The notes under the pieces: generated by a model
What the model was told of the DNA's origin: nothing
Seen by the model: only the letters and a program-made list of their open reading frames with translations
Databases searched by the model: none
Made by a program: the position numbers and the translations under genes
From: Minisyncoccota bacterium
GTDB lineage: Bacteria > Patescibacteriota > Minisyncoccia > Phycocordibacterales > JABAAK01
Reading direction: 5' to 3'
Assembly: GCA_965216295.1 (NCBI GenBank)
Contig: OZ244141.1
Coordinates: forward strand, 295,671 to 359,670
DNA: 64,000 bases
In this document: positions 55,584 to 64,000 of the stretch, piece by piece
Layout of the letters: the number at the start of each line of letters is the position of its first letter
Numbering within the stretch: position 1 is the stretch's first letter

Positions 55584-56097
55584 TGACACACCACTGACTG
55601 GTGGCAACCACATTAAAGATACTATCTGTTCCCTACTGAAAGATGCAGGAATGTGGTATGACTATTTTGAACACGATGAGGTCATAACTGCAGAAGCTGC
55701 TTCTCAAATCAGAGAAAACTATACCCTCGCAGAAGGATCCAAAGCACTCATACTCCGCCTTGGCAATGCCGATGAAAAACGGTACATCCAAGTTGTTGTT
55801 CCTGGTAATACAAAGTTCTCAAACGCAAAGGTACGAAAACTACTTGGTGAAAAAAATATACAACTTGTTTCTCCAGATATACTCAAAACACTCACTGGAG
55901 GCATTCTTCCTGGCGGTGTTCCACCGTTTGGTACTCTTTTCAACATACCAGTCTATGTTGACACCAACGTTATTAATAAAGAAAAAATGGTTTTTAACTG
56001 TGGATTGCGATCGGCAAGTATTGGTATGAAAACAGAAGATTACGTAACACTCGTGAAACCAATTATTGCTGACCTTTCTGTTGCGGCAACCTCGTAA
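55576..56097 (+). CDS. YbaK/ProX-like aminoacyl-tRNA trans-editing deacylase domain protein
   Basis: Start at the ATG at 55576, overlapping the rpmA stop. Shows the YbaK-like pattern ([20 protein letters not shown]). Confidence 0.55.
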   Translation: MASDTPLTGGNHIKDTICSLLKDAGMWYDYFEHDEVITAEAASQIRENYTLAEGSKALILRLGNADEKRYIQVVVPGNTKFSNAKVRKLLGEKNIQLVSPDILKTLTGGILPGGVPPFGTLFNIPVYVDTNVINKEKMVFNCGLRSASIGMKTEDYVTLVKPIIADLSVAATS

Positions 56098-57094
56098 GTG
56101 CCCTACTATTTCTCTCGACAGTATTTAAAAAAACTCTTTTTGCGTCTTGCACTTTCGCGACATCTCCTCCCCATGTCTCAAGTGCCTCTTGTTGGAGTGC
56201 TCGACCGTATGAAAATGTTATAGGAATATCGTAGTGCCTTATCCGAGCCAAAGCGATAGTGTGAGCAAGGCATGAGGTTGCAGCCATTGGTGAGAGGCCA
56301 CCAGAGAGAAAAACAATACCAGCAAATTGATTCTCTTCTGCGCTAGCATCACGAACTGTTTCAAGTGCATCAATTGTTGATGCTGCAACCCCCTCTGCAT
56401 CTACCTGTGAACTGCTATTGCCATGCACTGCAAATGAAGTTTTCAGAATACAATCTCGTGGTGACACCTTAGCATCGATAAGTGCTTGAATTAGATTTCG
56501 AAGAACAAGGGTGAGTGTTTCCTGTGACTCTTGCATAGAGTGATTCCCTTGCAGAAGCACCTCAGGTTCAATAATAGGGACCATACCTGCGTTTAAGACC
56601 ATTTTTGCATAGAGAGCTAAGTCAGAACTCACTTTCTTTAAAAATGCTGGTGTATGACCTCGTACAGGAATCACTGAACGCCATTTGGTAAAGACAATCT
56701 GTTTATCCATTGCAATAACACTCTGGAGCAATAGTGGTAGTGCTGTTAGTCCTTTGGTGATAGAGAGTGTGTCACTACCCTCAAAAGGGATTAATCCGTT
56801 GTCTACCTTTAAACCAAGCATAATATCTTTATTGACAAAGAATGCATGCAACGGAATACCATTGACCTGTTGCTCTTCTAATGTATCAAGAGAGAGGATA
56901 ATGCCACTGATATACGCTTCAAGGCGTGCTGTACTGAAAAGCATATCACGATACTGACTTCGTGTTTCAGGACCATCAGAAATACCCAGTGCAAGTAGTC
57001 GTGCGTCCATTGTTTTTGGACGTTCATCTGCAGCAAGTATTCCTTTCTGTGTAGCAAAAATATTTTGTATAATTTTTCCTTTATTGTTTTTCAT
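56063..57094 (-). CDS. fructose-bisphosphate aldolase, class I
   Basis: KGILAADE signature, Schiff-base Lys region, and IVFLSGGLS. Confidence 0.8.
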   Translation of the reverse strand: MKNNKGKIIQNIFATQKGILAADERPKTMDARLLALGISDGPETRSQYRDMLFSTARLEAYISGIILSLDTLEEQQVNGIPLHAFFVNKDIMLGLKVDNGLIPFEGSDTLSITKGLTALPLLLQSVIAMDKQIVFTKWRSVIPVRGHTPAFLKKVSSDLALYAKMVLNAGMVPIIEPEVLLQGNHSMQESQETLTLVLRNLIQALIDAKVSPRDCILKTSFAVHGNSSSQVDAEGVAASTIDALETVRDASAEENQFAGIVFLSGGLSPMAATSCLAHTIALARIRHYDIPITFSYGRALQQEALETWGGDVAKVQDAKRVFLNTVERNSRALTRLPQQKGQQ

Positions 57095-57518
57095 TAATCT
57101 GTATCGTTACATTTCCAGTATATTCCTTGTATTGCATCGGTATGGTATATGTCCCTACTTTTTTAATCGGATCAAAGGTAAACACTTCTTCTGGTAGTGT
57201 ATGCCCCGCAGTATTCAACGCTTCTGCAACAATTTTTGGAGTGACCGCACGAAACAGAACTCCTTGTGCATTTGCCGCACACGGTATGGTGATGGTCTCT
57301 GGAAGCTTTTGTAATTCCTGAAGTATCTCTGCATCATTGCGGTGCAGTCGGTCTTCTTGTTCTTCCACGTGATGAGCGATGGTTTTTCCAAGAGAACTCT
57401 TCATCTCTGCTGCTAATTTTTTAGGCAACAAAAAGTTAATCGCATATCCATCGGTGACTGTAATCATACTTCCCTCTCGACCAACACCCTTTATGTCTTT
57501 CAACAAGACTACCTGCAT
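57081..57518 (-). CDS. rplI: 50S ribosomal protein bL9
   Basis: MQVVLLKDIKGVGREGSMITVTDGYAINFLLPKKLA is the bL9 N-domain pattern. Confidence 0.85.
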   Translation of the reverse strand: MQVVLLKDIKGVGREGSMITVTDGYAINFLLPKKLAAEMKSSLGKTIAHHVEEQEDRLHRNDAEILQELQKLPETITIPCAANAQGVLFRAVTPKIVAEALNTAGHTLPEEVFTFDPIKKVGTYTIPMQYKEYTGNVTIQINEKQ

Positions 57519-57519
57519 A

Positions 57520-59049
57520 CTATTTTTTCTGTAATTCTTCTATCGCTCTATCTAATTCGTACTGTTCAATATCAAGATCTTCTTCTTCGGTTTGTCGTAT
57601 ATAATTTCTCCTCCCTTTTGTGATGTCAATCGTTGGTTTAAAACCACCATCAGAGAGTGATTTTTTTGCAGGCGTTAACCAATGAGCAATAGTAATTTTA
57701 AGTAATCCACCAGTTGCAACATTTGAGAGTGACTGTACGGATCCTTTACCAAACGTTGGTACTCCAACAACTGTTGCAACGTTGTAGTGCGCTAATGCCG
57801 CAGCGATAATCTCTGCAGATGATGCGGTACCACGATCAACCAAAACAACCATTGGTGGTTGCACAGGACCTAAGAGAGGGCCAGTTGTTGAACGGTACCG
57901 TCGAACAACCTCTGTTCCATCATACTCATGTAACACAACGGACTTCTTTGGTAGAAATAATCCTGCAATGTAGACGGCAGCTTCAAGGACACCTCCTGGG
58001 TTACCTCGGAGATCAAGCAAAATGCGATCTGTTTCTGGGTTGGTGACGAATTCTTTCAGGGCAAGTTGAAATGCTCTTGGTGTCTTGTTATTCACCGTCA
58101 GGAGACGAATGACAAGTATATTCTCAAGAGTTTCTGTTTCAACCGAAGGAACAATAACTCTGTCTCGTTCAACAGAAACACTAAACTTTTTATCAGTAGA
58201 ACCTCGGTAGATATCTAAGACAACACTACTTCCTTTAACACCTCGTATATTATCAGTTGCTTCAATTAAATTAAGATGATCAATTTTCTCACCATCTATT
58301 TTCAAAATAATATCTTCCTTCTGTAATCCTGCTTGATGTGCTGGACCGTTGGTTATAGGTCGAATGATGGTCAAAATACCGTTTGGTTTACCGATATAGG
58401 CACCGATGCCTTGTATTTCACCGTCAACGATTTCGTCAGTAAATTCATCAGCATCAGTTTGCTCAAGAAAGATAGTGTGTCGATCCTTTGTTGCGTAGGT
58501 TAATCCATTAATAGCACCTTGAACAAATTCTTCACGAGTTGGTCTCTGTACTGTCTCTTCATCTTCGTTTGGTGGTGGGATATGGCTTTTCTCAAGGATG
58601 CGCCATACTTCCCAGAATGTCGTAAGGTCAATGTCTGAGAAATCCTCAGGATGGTCTGGCGTTTGTATGGTAGAGACAGTGATGTTCGGCAAAACTTCAT
58701 GGATGGGTACGCTGTCAATTAAAGCCAACTGATCTTTGTCCACTCCTACCACAAGGTAAGCACCGATAGTACCAACAGCAATACCAAGGAGTAAAATACC
58801 TGCTCGTTTTGAACGTTCTCTTTGAGGAGGTTGTATAAATCCCATCTCATCAATATCAAGATGTTTCTCTTCCCTACTCCCTTTCTTTGGGGTAACAGGT
58901 TCAACAATTTCATCAAGAACCGTTTCTTTCACAATCGCAACCTTCTTACTCTTTCTTGTTGATGCAGTGCGGGATTTAGTAGCACCCTTTTTCACAGGTA
59001 CCTTTTTTACCGCAGAGCGTTTGCGTGCTGTTTTTTTACTAGCAACCAT
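57520..59049 (-). CDS. ctpA: C-terminal processing peptidase (S41 family) with PDZ domain, membrane-anchored
   Basis: LLDLRGNPGGVLEAAVYIAGLF, the S41 catalytic Ser region, plus PDZ. Lys-rich N-terminus with a TM. Confidence 0.8.
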   Translation of the reverse strand: MVASKKTARKRSAVKKVPVKKGATKSRTASTRKSKKVAIVKETVLDEIVEPVTPKKGSREEKHLDIDEMGFIQPPQRERSKRAGILLLGIAVGTIGAYLVVGVDKDQLALIDSVPIHEVLPNITVSTIQTPDHPEDFSDIDLTTFWEVWRILEKSHIPPPNEDEETVQRPTREEFVQGAINGLTYATKDRHTIFLEQTDADEFTDEIVDGEIQGIGAYIGKPNGILTIIRPITNGPAHQAGLQKEDIILKIDGEKIDHLNLIEATDNIRGVKGSSVVLDIYRGSTDKKFSVSVERDRVIVPSVETETLENILVIRLLTVNNKTPRAFQLALKEFVTNPETDRILLDLRGNPGGVLEAAVYIAGLFLPKKSVVLHEYDGTEVVRRYRSTTGPLLGPVQPPMVVLVDRGTASSAEIIAAALAHYNVATVVGVPTFGKGSVQSLSNVATGGLLKITIAHWLTPAKKSLSDGGFKPTIDITKGRRNYIRQTEEEDLDIEQYELDRAIEELQKK

Positions 59050-59078
59050 AGATAACTATAATAGTGACATAGTAACAT

Positions 59079-60503
59079 ATGCTATACTCACTGTTGAACG
59101 GTATGTTTAGAAAACCATCTCCCTTTCTCGTATACGATACGGCACAAAGAAAACTAGTGGCACTGCAACCACGACAAACTCCATCAGTTCGTATATATAC
59201 CTGTGGTCCAACTCTCTACAAACCACCTCACATTGGTAACCTCCGTGCGTATGTTTTTGCCGACACACTCAATCGAGCACTCCGTCTTTTTGGATATCGA
59301 CCAAACCATGTCATTAATCTAACCGATGTTGGTCACTTAACCGATGATGCTGACGGTGGTGAGGATAAAGTGGAAAAACAAGCAAAGAAAGAAAACCGTA
59401 AGGTCTCTAATATAATTACTGTTTTACAGAATCATTTTTTCCAAGATTTAAAACATTTGAACATACCACTCCGGGCATACACATTTCCAAAAGCAACAGA
59501 GTATATTCGTGAACAAATTGCCCTTGCCAAACGACTTGAAGAAAAAGGCTACGCGTATACCATAGCGGATGGCCTTTACTTTGATACCACCAAGTTTCCC
59601 ACCTATGGACGCTTGGGACGCTTTCACGAGGCAGACAAACAGGCTGGTGCACGGGTTGCTGTTGTTGCAGGAAAACGCAATCCAAATGACTTTGCGCTTT
59701 GGAAAAAGACTCTTGAAGGTGTTAAACGGCAACAAGAATGGGATTCACCGTGGGGGCGTGGATTTCCTGGGTGGCACCTTGAATGCTCCACCATGGCAAT
59801 GCAAGTACTAGGAGAAACACTTGATATTCATACTGGTGGTATTGATCATATAGCAATTCATCACAACAATGAAATTGCTCAGAGTGAAGCAGTAACAGGA
59901 AAACCGTTTGCAACTACTTGGATGCACTGCGCATTTTTGAAACATAACAATGAGAAGTTCTCAAAATCACTGAACAACACGTACACCATACAAGATTTAA
60001 TTGATCGAGGATTCCATCCATTAGCACTGCGATATTTCTTTTTAACTGCAAGTTACCGTTCCCCACTATCATTTTCATTTGAAGCTCTCTCTGGTATGCA
60101 AACAGCAGTGACACGATTGAATTATGAATATGCACAACTACCCCGTTCCCTTTTTGCAAAAGTTGATCCACGAACAAAAAAATGGTTTGATGAAGCGTTC
60201 TCAACTGATATCAATACCCCAACAGCAATTGCACTTCTCTGGGGACTTTTAAAAGAAAAACATATATCTCCTGCCGTGAAACGAAAAACAGTACAGTATG
60301 CCGATCGAGTACTTGGTATTCTTTCACCTGAACTACAAAAGAAAATCACGGTGCCAAAAGAATTGCAAACACTTTTGAAAAAAAGAAATGAGGCACGGAA
60401 AATAAAAAACTACGATGAGGCAGATACCATACGAAGACAAATTGAACACGCCGGTTATGTCATCGAGGATACTTCAGAAGGAAGTCGTCTGGTTAAACAG
60501 TGA
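59079..60503 (+). CDS. cysS: cysteine--tRNA ligase
   Basis: HIGH motif CGPTLYKPPHIGNLRAY, KMSKS-type EKFSKSLNN, and Zn-binding Cys residues. Confidence 0.9.
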   Translation: MLYSLLNGMFRKPSPFLVYDTAQRKLVALQPRQTPSVRIYTCGPTLYKPPHIGNLRAYVFADTLNRALRLFGYRPNHVINLTDVGHLTDDADGGEDKVEKQAKKENRKVSNIITVLQNHFFQDLKHLNIPLRAYTFPKATEYIREQIALAKRLEEKGYAYTIADGLYFDTTKFPTYGRLGRFHEADKQAGARVAVVAGKRNPNDFALWKKTLEGVKRQQEWDSPWGRGFPGWHLECSTMAMQVLGETLDIHTGGIDHIAIHHNNEIAQSEAVTGKPFATTWMHCAFLKHNNEKFSKSLNNTYTIQDLIDRGFHPLALRYFFLTASYRSPLSFSFEALSGMQTAVTRLNYEYAQLPRSLFAKVDPRTKKWFDEAFSTDINTPTAIALLWGLLKEKHISPAVKRKTVQYADRVLGILSPELQKKITVPKELQTLLKKRNEARKIKNYDEADTIRRQIEHAGYVIEDTSEGSRLVKQ

Positions 60504-60614
60504 GTTTTTTTCAAACATTCCACAGACTTCATCTTGTACTATCTACTCCAAAGAGAAGTAAGGGTGATTTTTCCACAATATCTTCCAGCGAGAGTTCATT
60601 CATAATGAATACAT

Positions 60615-62030
60615 ATGGATCTTGCAGTACAGAGTAACGCTATTGATGCGGCACAAAAAACACCACCACATGATTCCTCTGTTGAACAATCACTCTTGGG
60701 TGCGCTACTCGTTAACAGCAAATCGTTTTTAGAATTGACAGACATTCTCACTCCCGCATCATTTTATATACCAAAACATACTATTATCTTTGAAACAATG
60801 ATAGAGATTATTGGCAAGGGTGATGCTATTGATGCTGTGACAGTTGGTGCTCATCTACAGGCAAAAGATGACCTTGAAAGAATTGGTGGCAATGCTTACC
60901 TCGCTGAACTCATTGAAGGTGCTCCGACAACGACGAATATAGTGAGTTATGCAAGAATCATACAAGAAAAATTTGTGAGACGAAGGTTGGTGAATGCTGG
61001 TTCCGCTATCGTTGATTGTAGTTACCAAGAAGATCAACCTATTGAGAAAGTTATTGATGCGTCAGAAAAGAAACTATTTGATGTTACTCATAAACACGTC
61101 TCTGTTGGTTACCGGAGTGTTGATGAAGGAGTTGGTGAAATTGTTACGAGTATCATCGCACTCGCTGAAAAAGGTGATCAAAAGAAGTATCGTGGTGTAC
61201 CAACTGGATTTAATCTTTTAAACGATGCTCTCTCTGGATTTCAACCCTCTGACCTCGTTATCCTCGCTGCACGACCATCTATGGGAAAAACAACGCTGGC
61301 ATTGGATATTGCCCGTTTGACAGGTATTAACCATCAAACTCCTATTGGTATCTTTTCCCTTGAAATGAGTGAAGGACAGCTATTAGAACGAATGCTTGCT
61401 GCAGAAGCACAGCTTCATGCTTGGAAGCTACGAACTGGCCGTCTACGTGATGAGGGTTCTCTGAGTGCCTTGACTGAGGCGGTTGATAGGCTCTCAAAGA
61501 CCTCTATCTACATTGATGATCATCCAGGGGCAACAACACTCCATATTCGTTCAACTGCACGACGAATGAAACGTGAGCATAACATTCAAATGATTATCGT
61601 CGATTACCTCCAACTCATCACAGCATATGAGACGAGAAGGAGTGATTCTTTGGTACAGCAGGTAACTGAAATATCACGCACATTGAAGTTAATAGCACGA
61701 GAACTCCAAATACCAGTCATTGCCCTCTCCCAGCTCTCTCGAGATATTGAGAAACGAGCAGGTCGTCCACGACTCTCAGACCTTCGTGATTCTGGTTCTA
61801 TTGAACAAGACGCTGATGTTGTTATGTTCCTTCACCGCAAACACCGTGCTAATGCCGAAGAAGAAGGTGATATTATACGAACTGAACTTATCATTGAAAA
61901 ACACCGTAATGGACCAACGGGTGCTGTTGAACTTCTCTTTGACAAGAAACACGTAACGTTTAGAGAAGAAGCGAGCGAACAGTATCAAGAAATTGCCGAA
62001 GGAATGCCTCCTGAAGAGTATGAGGTGTAA
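60615..62030 (+). CDS. dnaB: replicative DNA helicase DnaB
   Basis: Walker A LAARPSMGKTTLALDIA, the RecA-like C-domain, and the N-terminal DnaB domain. Confidence 0.9.
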   Translation: MDLAVQSNAIDAAQKTPPHDSSVEQSLLGALLVNSKSFLELTDILTPASFYIPKHTIIFETMIEIIGKGDAIDAVTVGAHLQAKDDLERIGGNAYLAELIEGAPTTTNIVSYARIIQEKFVRRRLVNAGSAIVDCSYQEDQPIEKVIDASEKKLFDVTHKHVSVGYRSVDEGVGEIVTSIIALAEKGDQKKYRGVPTGFNLLNDALSGFQPSDLVILAARPSMGKTTLALDIARLTGINHQTPIGIFSLEMSEGQLLERMLAAEAQLHAWKLRTGRLRDEGSLSALTEAVDRLSKTSIYIDDHPGATTLHIRSTARRMKREHNIQMIIVDYLQLITAYETRRSDSLVQQVTEISRTLKLIARELQIPVIALSQLSRDIEKRAGRPRLSDLRDSGSIEQDADVVMFLHRKHRANAEEEGDIIRTELIIEKHRNGPTGAVELLFDKKHVTFREEASEQYQEIAEGMPPEEYEV

Positions 62031-62059
62031 GGTAGTTTTGGTATGCTGTCTCTATATCT

Positions 62060-62680
62060 ATGAAACTCTCTCGCGAACACTTTCAGACCTTGATTACTCT
62101 ATTTAGTAAATTCCCTGGTATCGGTTCTCGACAGGCAGAACGATTTGTTTACTTCTTAGCCAGAAGTGATGCCCTGTTTATAACACAGTTACAAAACGGC
62201 ATTGCCACCTTTACCAAAAACGTTAAACAATGCCCTTCTTGCTATATCTACCATGATGGGGAAAATGCTTCGTGTGAAATCTGCACTAGTGATAGTCGTT
62301 CACAAGAGACATTGGTGGTGATAGAGAAAGATGTTGACCAGAGTTCACTGGAAGACGCTGGAGTGACCACTGGTCGATACTTTGTATTAGGTGGTCTCCT
62401 CCCTATCGCTTCACCTGTTCCTCCTTTTATTCGTCTTGCACAACTGAAAGAAAAGGTAACAAGAGAAAAACCAAAAGAAATTGTTCTTGCGTTCTCTGCT
62501 CATCCCGATGCCAATCACACTGCAATATTTCTCATACAGACAATGAAGGAGGTAGCACCGAAAATAACAGTGACTATCCTTGGTCGTGGACTCTCAACAG
62601 GTTCTGAATTAGAATACGTAGATCAAACAACGTTGAAAAATGCATTTCGGAATAGGAGGGATACCACAGTTGAACTATGA
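62060..62680 (+). CDS. recR: recombination protein RecR
   Basis: HhH region LFSKFPGIGSRQAERFVYFL, a C4 zinc finger (CPSCYIY...CEIC), and a Toprim domain. Confidence 0.9.
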   Translation: MKLSREHFQTLITLFSKFPGIGSRQAERFVYFLARSDALFITQLQNGIATFTKNVKQCPSCYIYHDGENASCEICTSDSRSQETLVVIEKDVDQSSLEDAGVTTGRYFVLGGLLPIASPVPPFIRLAQLKEKVTREKPKEIVLAFSAHPDANHTAIFLIQTMKEVAPKITVTILGRGLSTGSELEYVDQTTLKNAFRNRRDTTVEL

Positions 62681-63010
62681 TACTGCTATTTCTTTAATGC
62701 GAATAGTACAAAATGGTTGACGATGACCGTAGTTTCTTGAATAATTTGATTTTGCACGAAACCGTATAACTGAAATCTTTTTATCTCTCCCTGTTTTTTC
62801 AATGACACCAGAGACCTGTGCTCCTTTGACGTATGGGAGACCGAAAGTACTTTCTCCTGAATCGGTATCAACGAGAAGTACTTTATCAAAAGAGATAGGG
62901 TCACCTTCTTTGGCATTATTGGGAATTGCGTGCAGACGTACCAAGTCTCCTACCGTTGCCCAATGTTGTTCACCTCCTGCTTCAAAGACAGCGGCTGTTT
63001 GTTGTTCCAT
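62675..63010 (-). CDS. rplU: 50S ribosomal protein bL21
   Basis: MEQQTAAVFEAGGEQHWATVGDLVRL ... KISVIRFRAKSNYSRNYGHRQPF matches the bL21 pattern. Confidence 0.85.
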   Translation of the reverse strand: MEQQTAAVFEAGGEQHWATVGDLVRLHAIPNNAKEGDPISFDKVLLVDTDSGESTFGLPYVKGAQVSGVIEKTGRDKKISVIRFRAKSNYSRNYGHRQPFCTIRIKEIAVS

Positions 63011-63050
63011 ATATGGTTAGTGTATCCTCTCTTTGTGGTAAAGACAAGTG

Positions 63051-64000
63051 CTATACAGCATCCTGTGATTTCTCATCATCCTGAGTATCGAGTGGCTTGT
63101 CAATCCCTGTTACTTGAAATGCTGCAGGCTTTCTACCCTGTCGCTTTGTCTTTGTTGTCTCGGAAATTTTTAATACATCAGTATCAATCATCTTGTATTG
63201 CTGTTGGGCGGTATTGTAATGGCTCACCGTTGTTCCGATTGATTTACCAACCTTGGTAAAGTACTTTTCATAACGATTGAGGTGTTTGTCTAGTCCTTGA
63301 ACCCGTTTCAGTATCTCCTGTGCCTGTTCTTCAATCTTCAATGAGCGGAGACCCATGTAGACCGTTTGAAGGTATGCAACAAGGGTGGTTGGTGAGATGA
63401 TAATGACTTTGTGCTGTCTGAATGCAAACTCAATCAAGTTTTCTTGATCATCTCCAATACGATTGGTGAGAAAATCATAGTAGAGCGCTTCTGAGGGAAG
63501 AAACATAAAAGCAAAATCAAGGGTATCTTCTTCAGGAAGAATGTACTTTGCTGTTTCTTTCACTCGTGCTTTCAAGTTCTCTTTCAATCCTCTCATCACT
63601 TTGTCGGTATCATCCACATCCCCACTTAACAGTGCACTATATGCACTTAAAGAAAACTTCGCATCAACAGCTACTTTCTTGTTTTCTTGAAGAAAGATAA
63701 CAGCATCAGCACGAGAACCATTCTTGAATGTGTATTGGGTTTGGTATGTTTCTGGAGGAAGTACATTGGCAAGGACCTGTTCTAAAATATGTTCACCGAG
63801 TGCACCTCGCCCTTGTGGGTTCTTGAGAATTTGTTCTAATTGTTGCAGTTGTTCGGTAAAAGAGAGGACTTGCTTCCCTGTTTCTTTCACTTCAGTTAAC
63901 TCACGGGTAATATCAGTGATGAGCCGTTTTGAATCTTGCATTTGTTCTCGCATGGAAGTAAACATACGATCAGTGTTTTTCTCTAACTTAGTATCCAATG
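63051..64000 (-). CDS. rmuC: DNA recombination protein RmuC (N-terminus outside window)
   Basis: RmuC pattern KNPQGRGALGEHILEQVL, a coiled-coil N-region, and a C-terminal nuclease-like domain. The ORF runs to the window edge. Confidence 0.7.
   Translation of the reverse strand, partial: LDTKLEKNTDRMFTSMREQMQDSKRLITDITRELTEVKETGKQVLSFTEQLQQLEQILKNPQGRGALGEHILEQVLANVLPPETYQTQYTFKNGSRADAVIFLQENKKVAVDAKFSLSAYSALLSGDVDDTDKVMRGLKENLKARVKETAKYILPEEDTLDFAFMFLPSEALYYDFLTNRIGDDQENLIEFAFRQHKVIIISPTTLVAYLQTVYMGLRSLKIEEQAQEILKRVQGLDKHLNRYEKYFTKVGKSIGTTVSHYNTAQQQYKMIDTDVLKISETTKTKRQGRKPAAFQVTGIDKPLDTQDDEKSQDAV

Overview
This 64-kb window is a gene-dense, low-GC bacterial chromosomal segment. Genes are compact, many proteins are short forms (513-aa IF-2, 723-aa SMC, ThrRS without an N-terminal editing domain), and tRNAs are frequent. 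I infer a small-genome bacterium, possibly Patescibacteria/CPR-like.

Most of the window is housekeeping:
- Cell wall and division: murF (5' partial), ftsA-ftsZ.
- DNA metabolism: gyrA, gyrB, topA, dnaE, dnaB, recR, rnhB, parB, rmuC (partial), rnc-smc.
- Translation: infB-rbfA, hisS, thrS, cysS, pth, rel, miaA, ybeY, ribosomal proteins bS1, bS21, bL32, bL27, bL9, bL21.
- Other: clpB, lepB, trxB, pyrB, class I fructose-bisphosphate aldolase.
- Ten tRNA genes: Glu, Leu x3, Lys, Cys, Tyr, Trp, Gly.

Three accessory regions stand out.
1. A strongly AT-rich island (about 2.1-5.9 kb) sits directly 3' of tRNA-Glu. It holds an amino-type DNA methyltransferase, a convergent 744-aa MORC/Hsp90-like GHKL ATPase with an uncharacterised C-terminal domain, and a translationally coupled 75-aa basic protein. 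I read this as a candidate restriction-modification-like defence module. A perfect 12-bp-arm palindrome lies in front of the methyltransferase.
2. Five tandem small secreted two-transmembrane paralogs share a conserved IAIGLAFLFFFWNLATFIL-type core and VirB2/TrbC-pilin-like topology (21.7-24.0 kb). A sixth copy lies at 31.2 kb, flanked by tRNA-Tyr and tRNA-Trp.
3. A roughly 3.26-kb AT-rich insertion is bounded by a 17-bp perfect direct repeat that duplicates the last codons of a SET-domain gene. It carries a KAP-like P-loop NTPase and two membrane proteins, but no recognisable integrase. A second short accessory segment follows, bounded by a 32-bp partial copy of tRNA-Gly and the intact tRNA-Gly gene.

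Other notable items are a NusB-NUDIX fusion protein, a bacterial SET-domain gene in an rnc-smc-SET operon, and tRNA-Leu(CAA) whose CCA end overlaps the miaA start codon.
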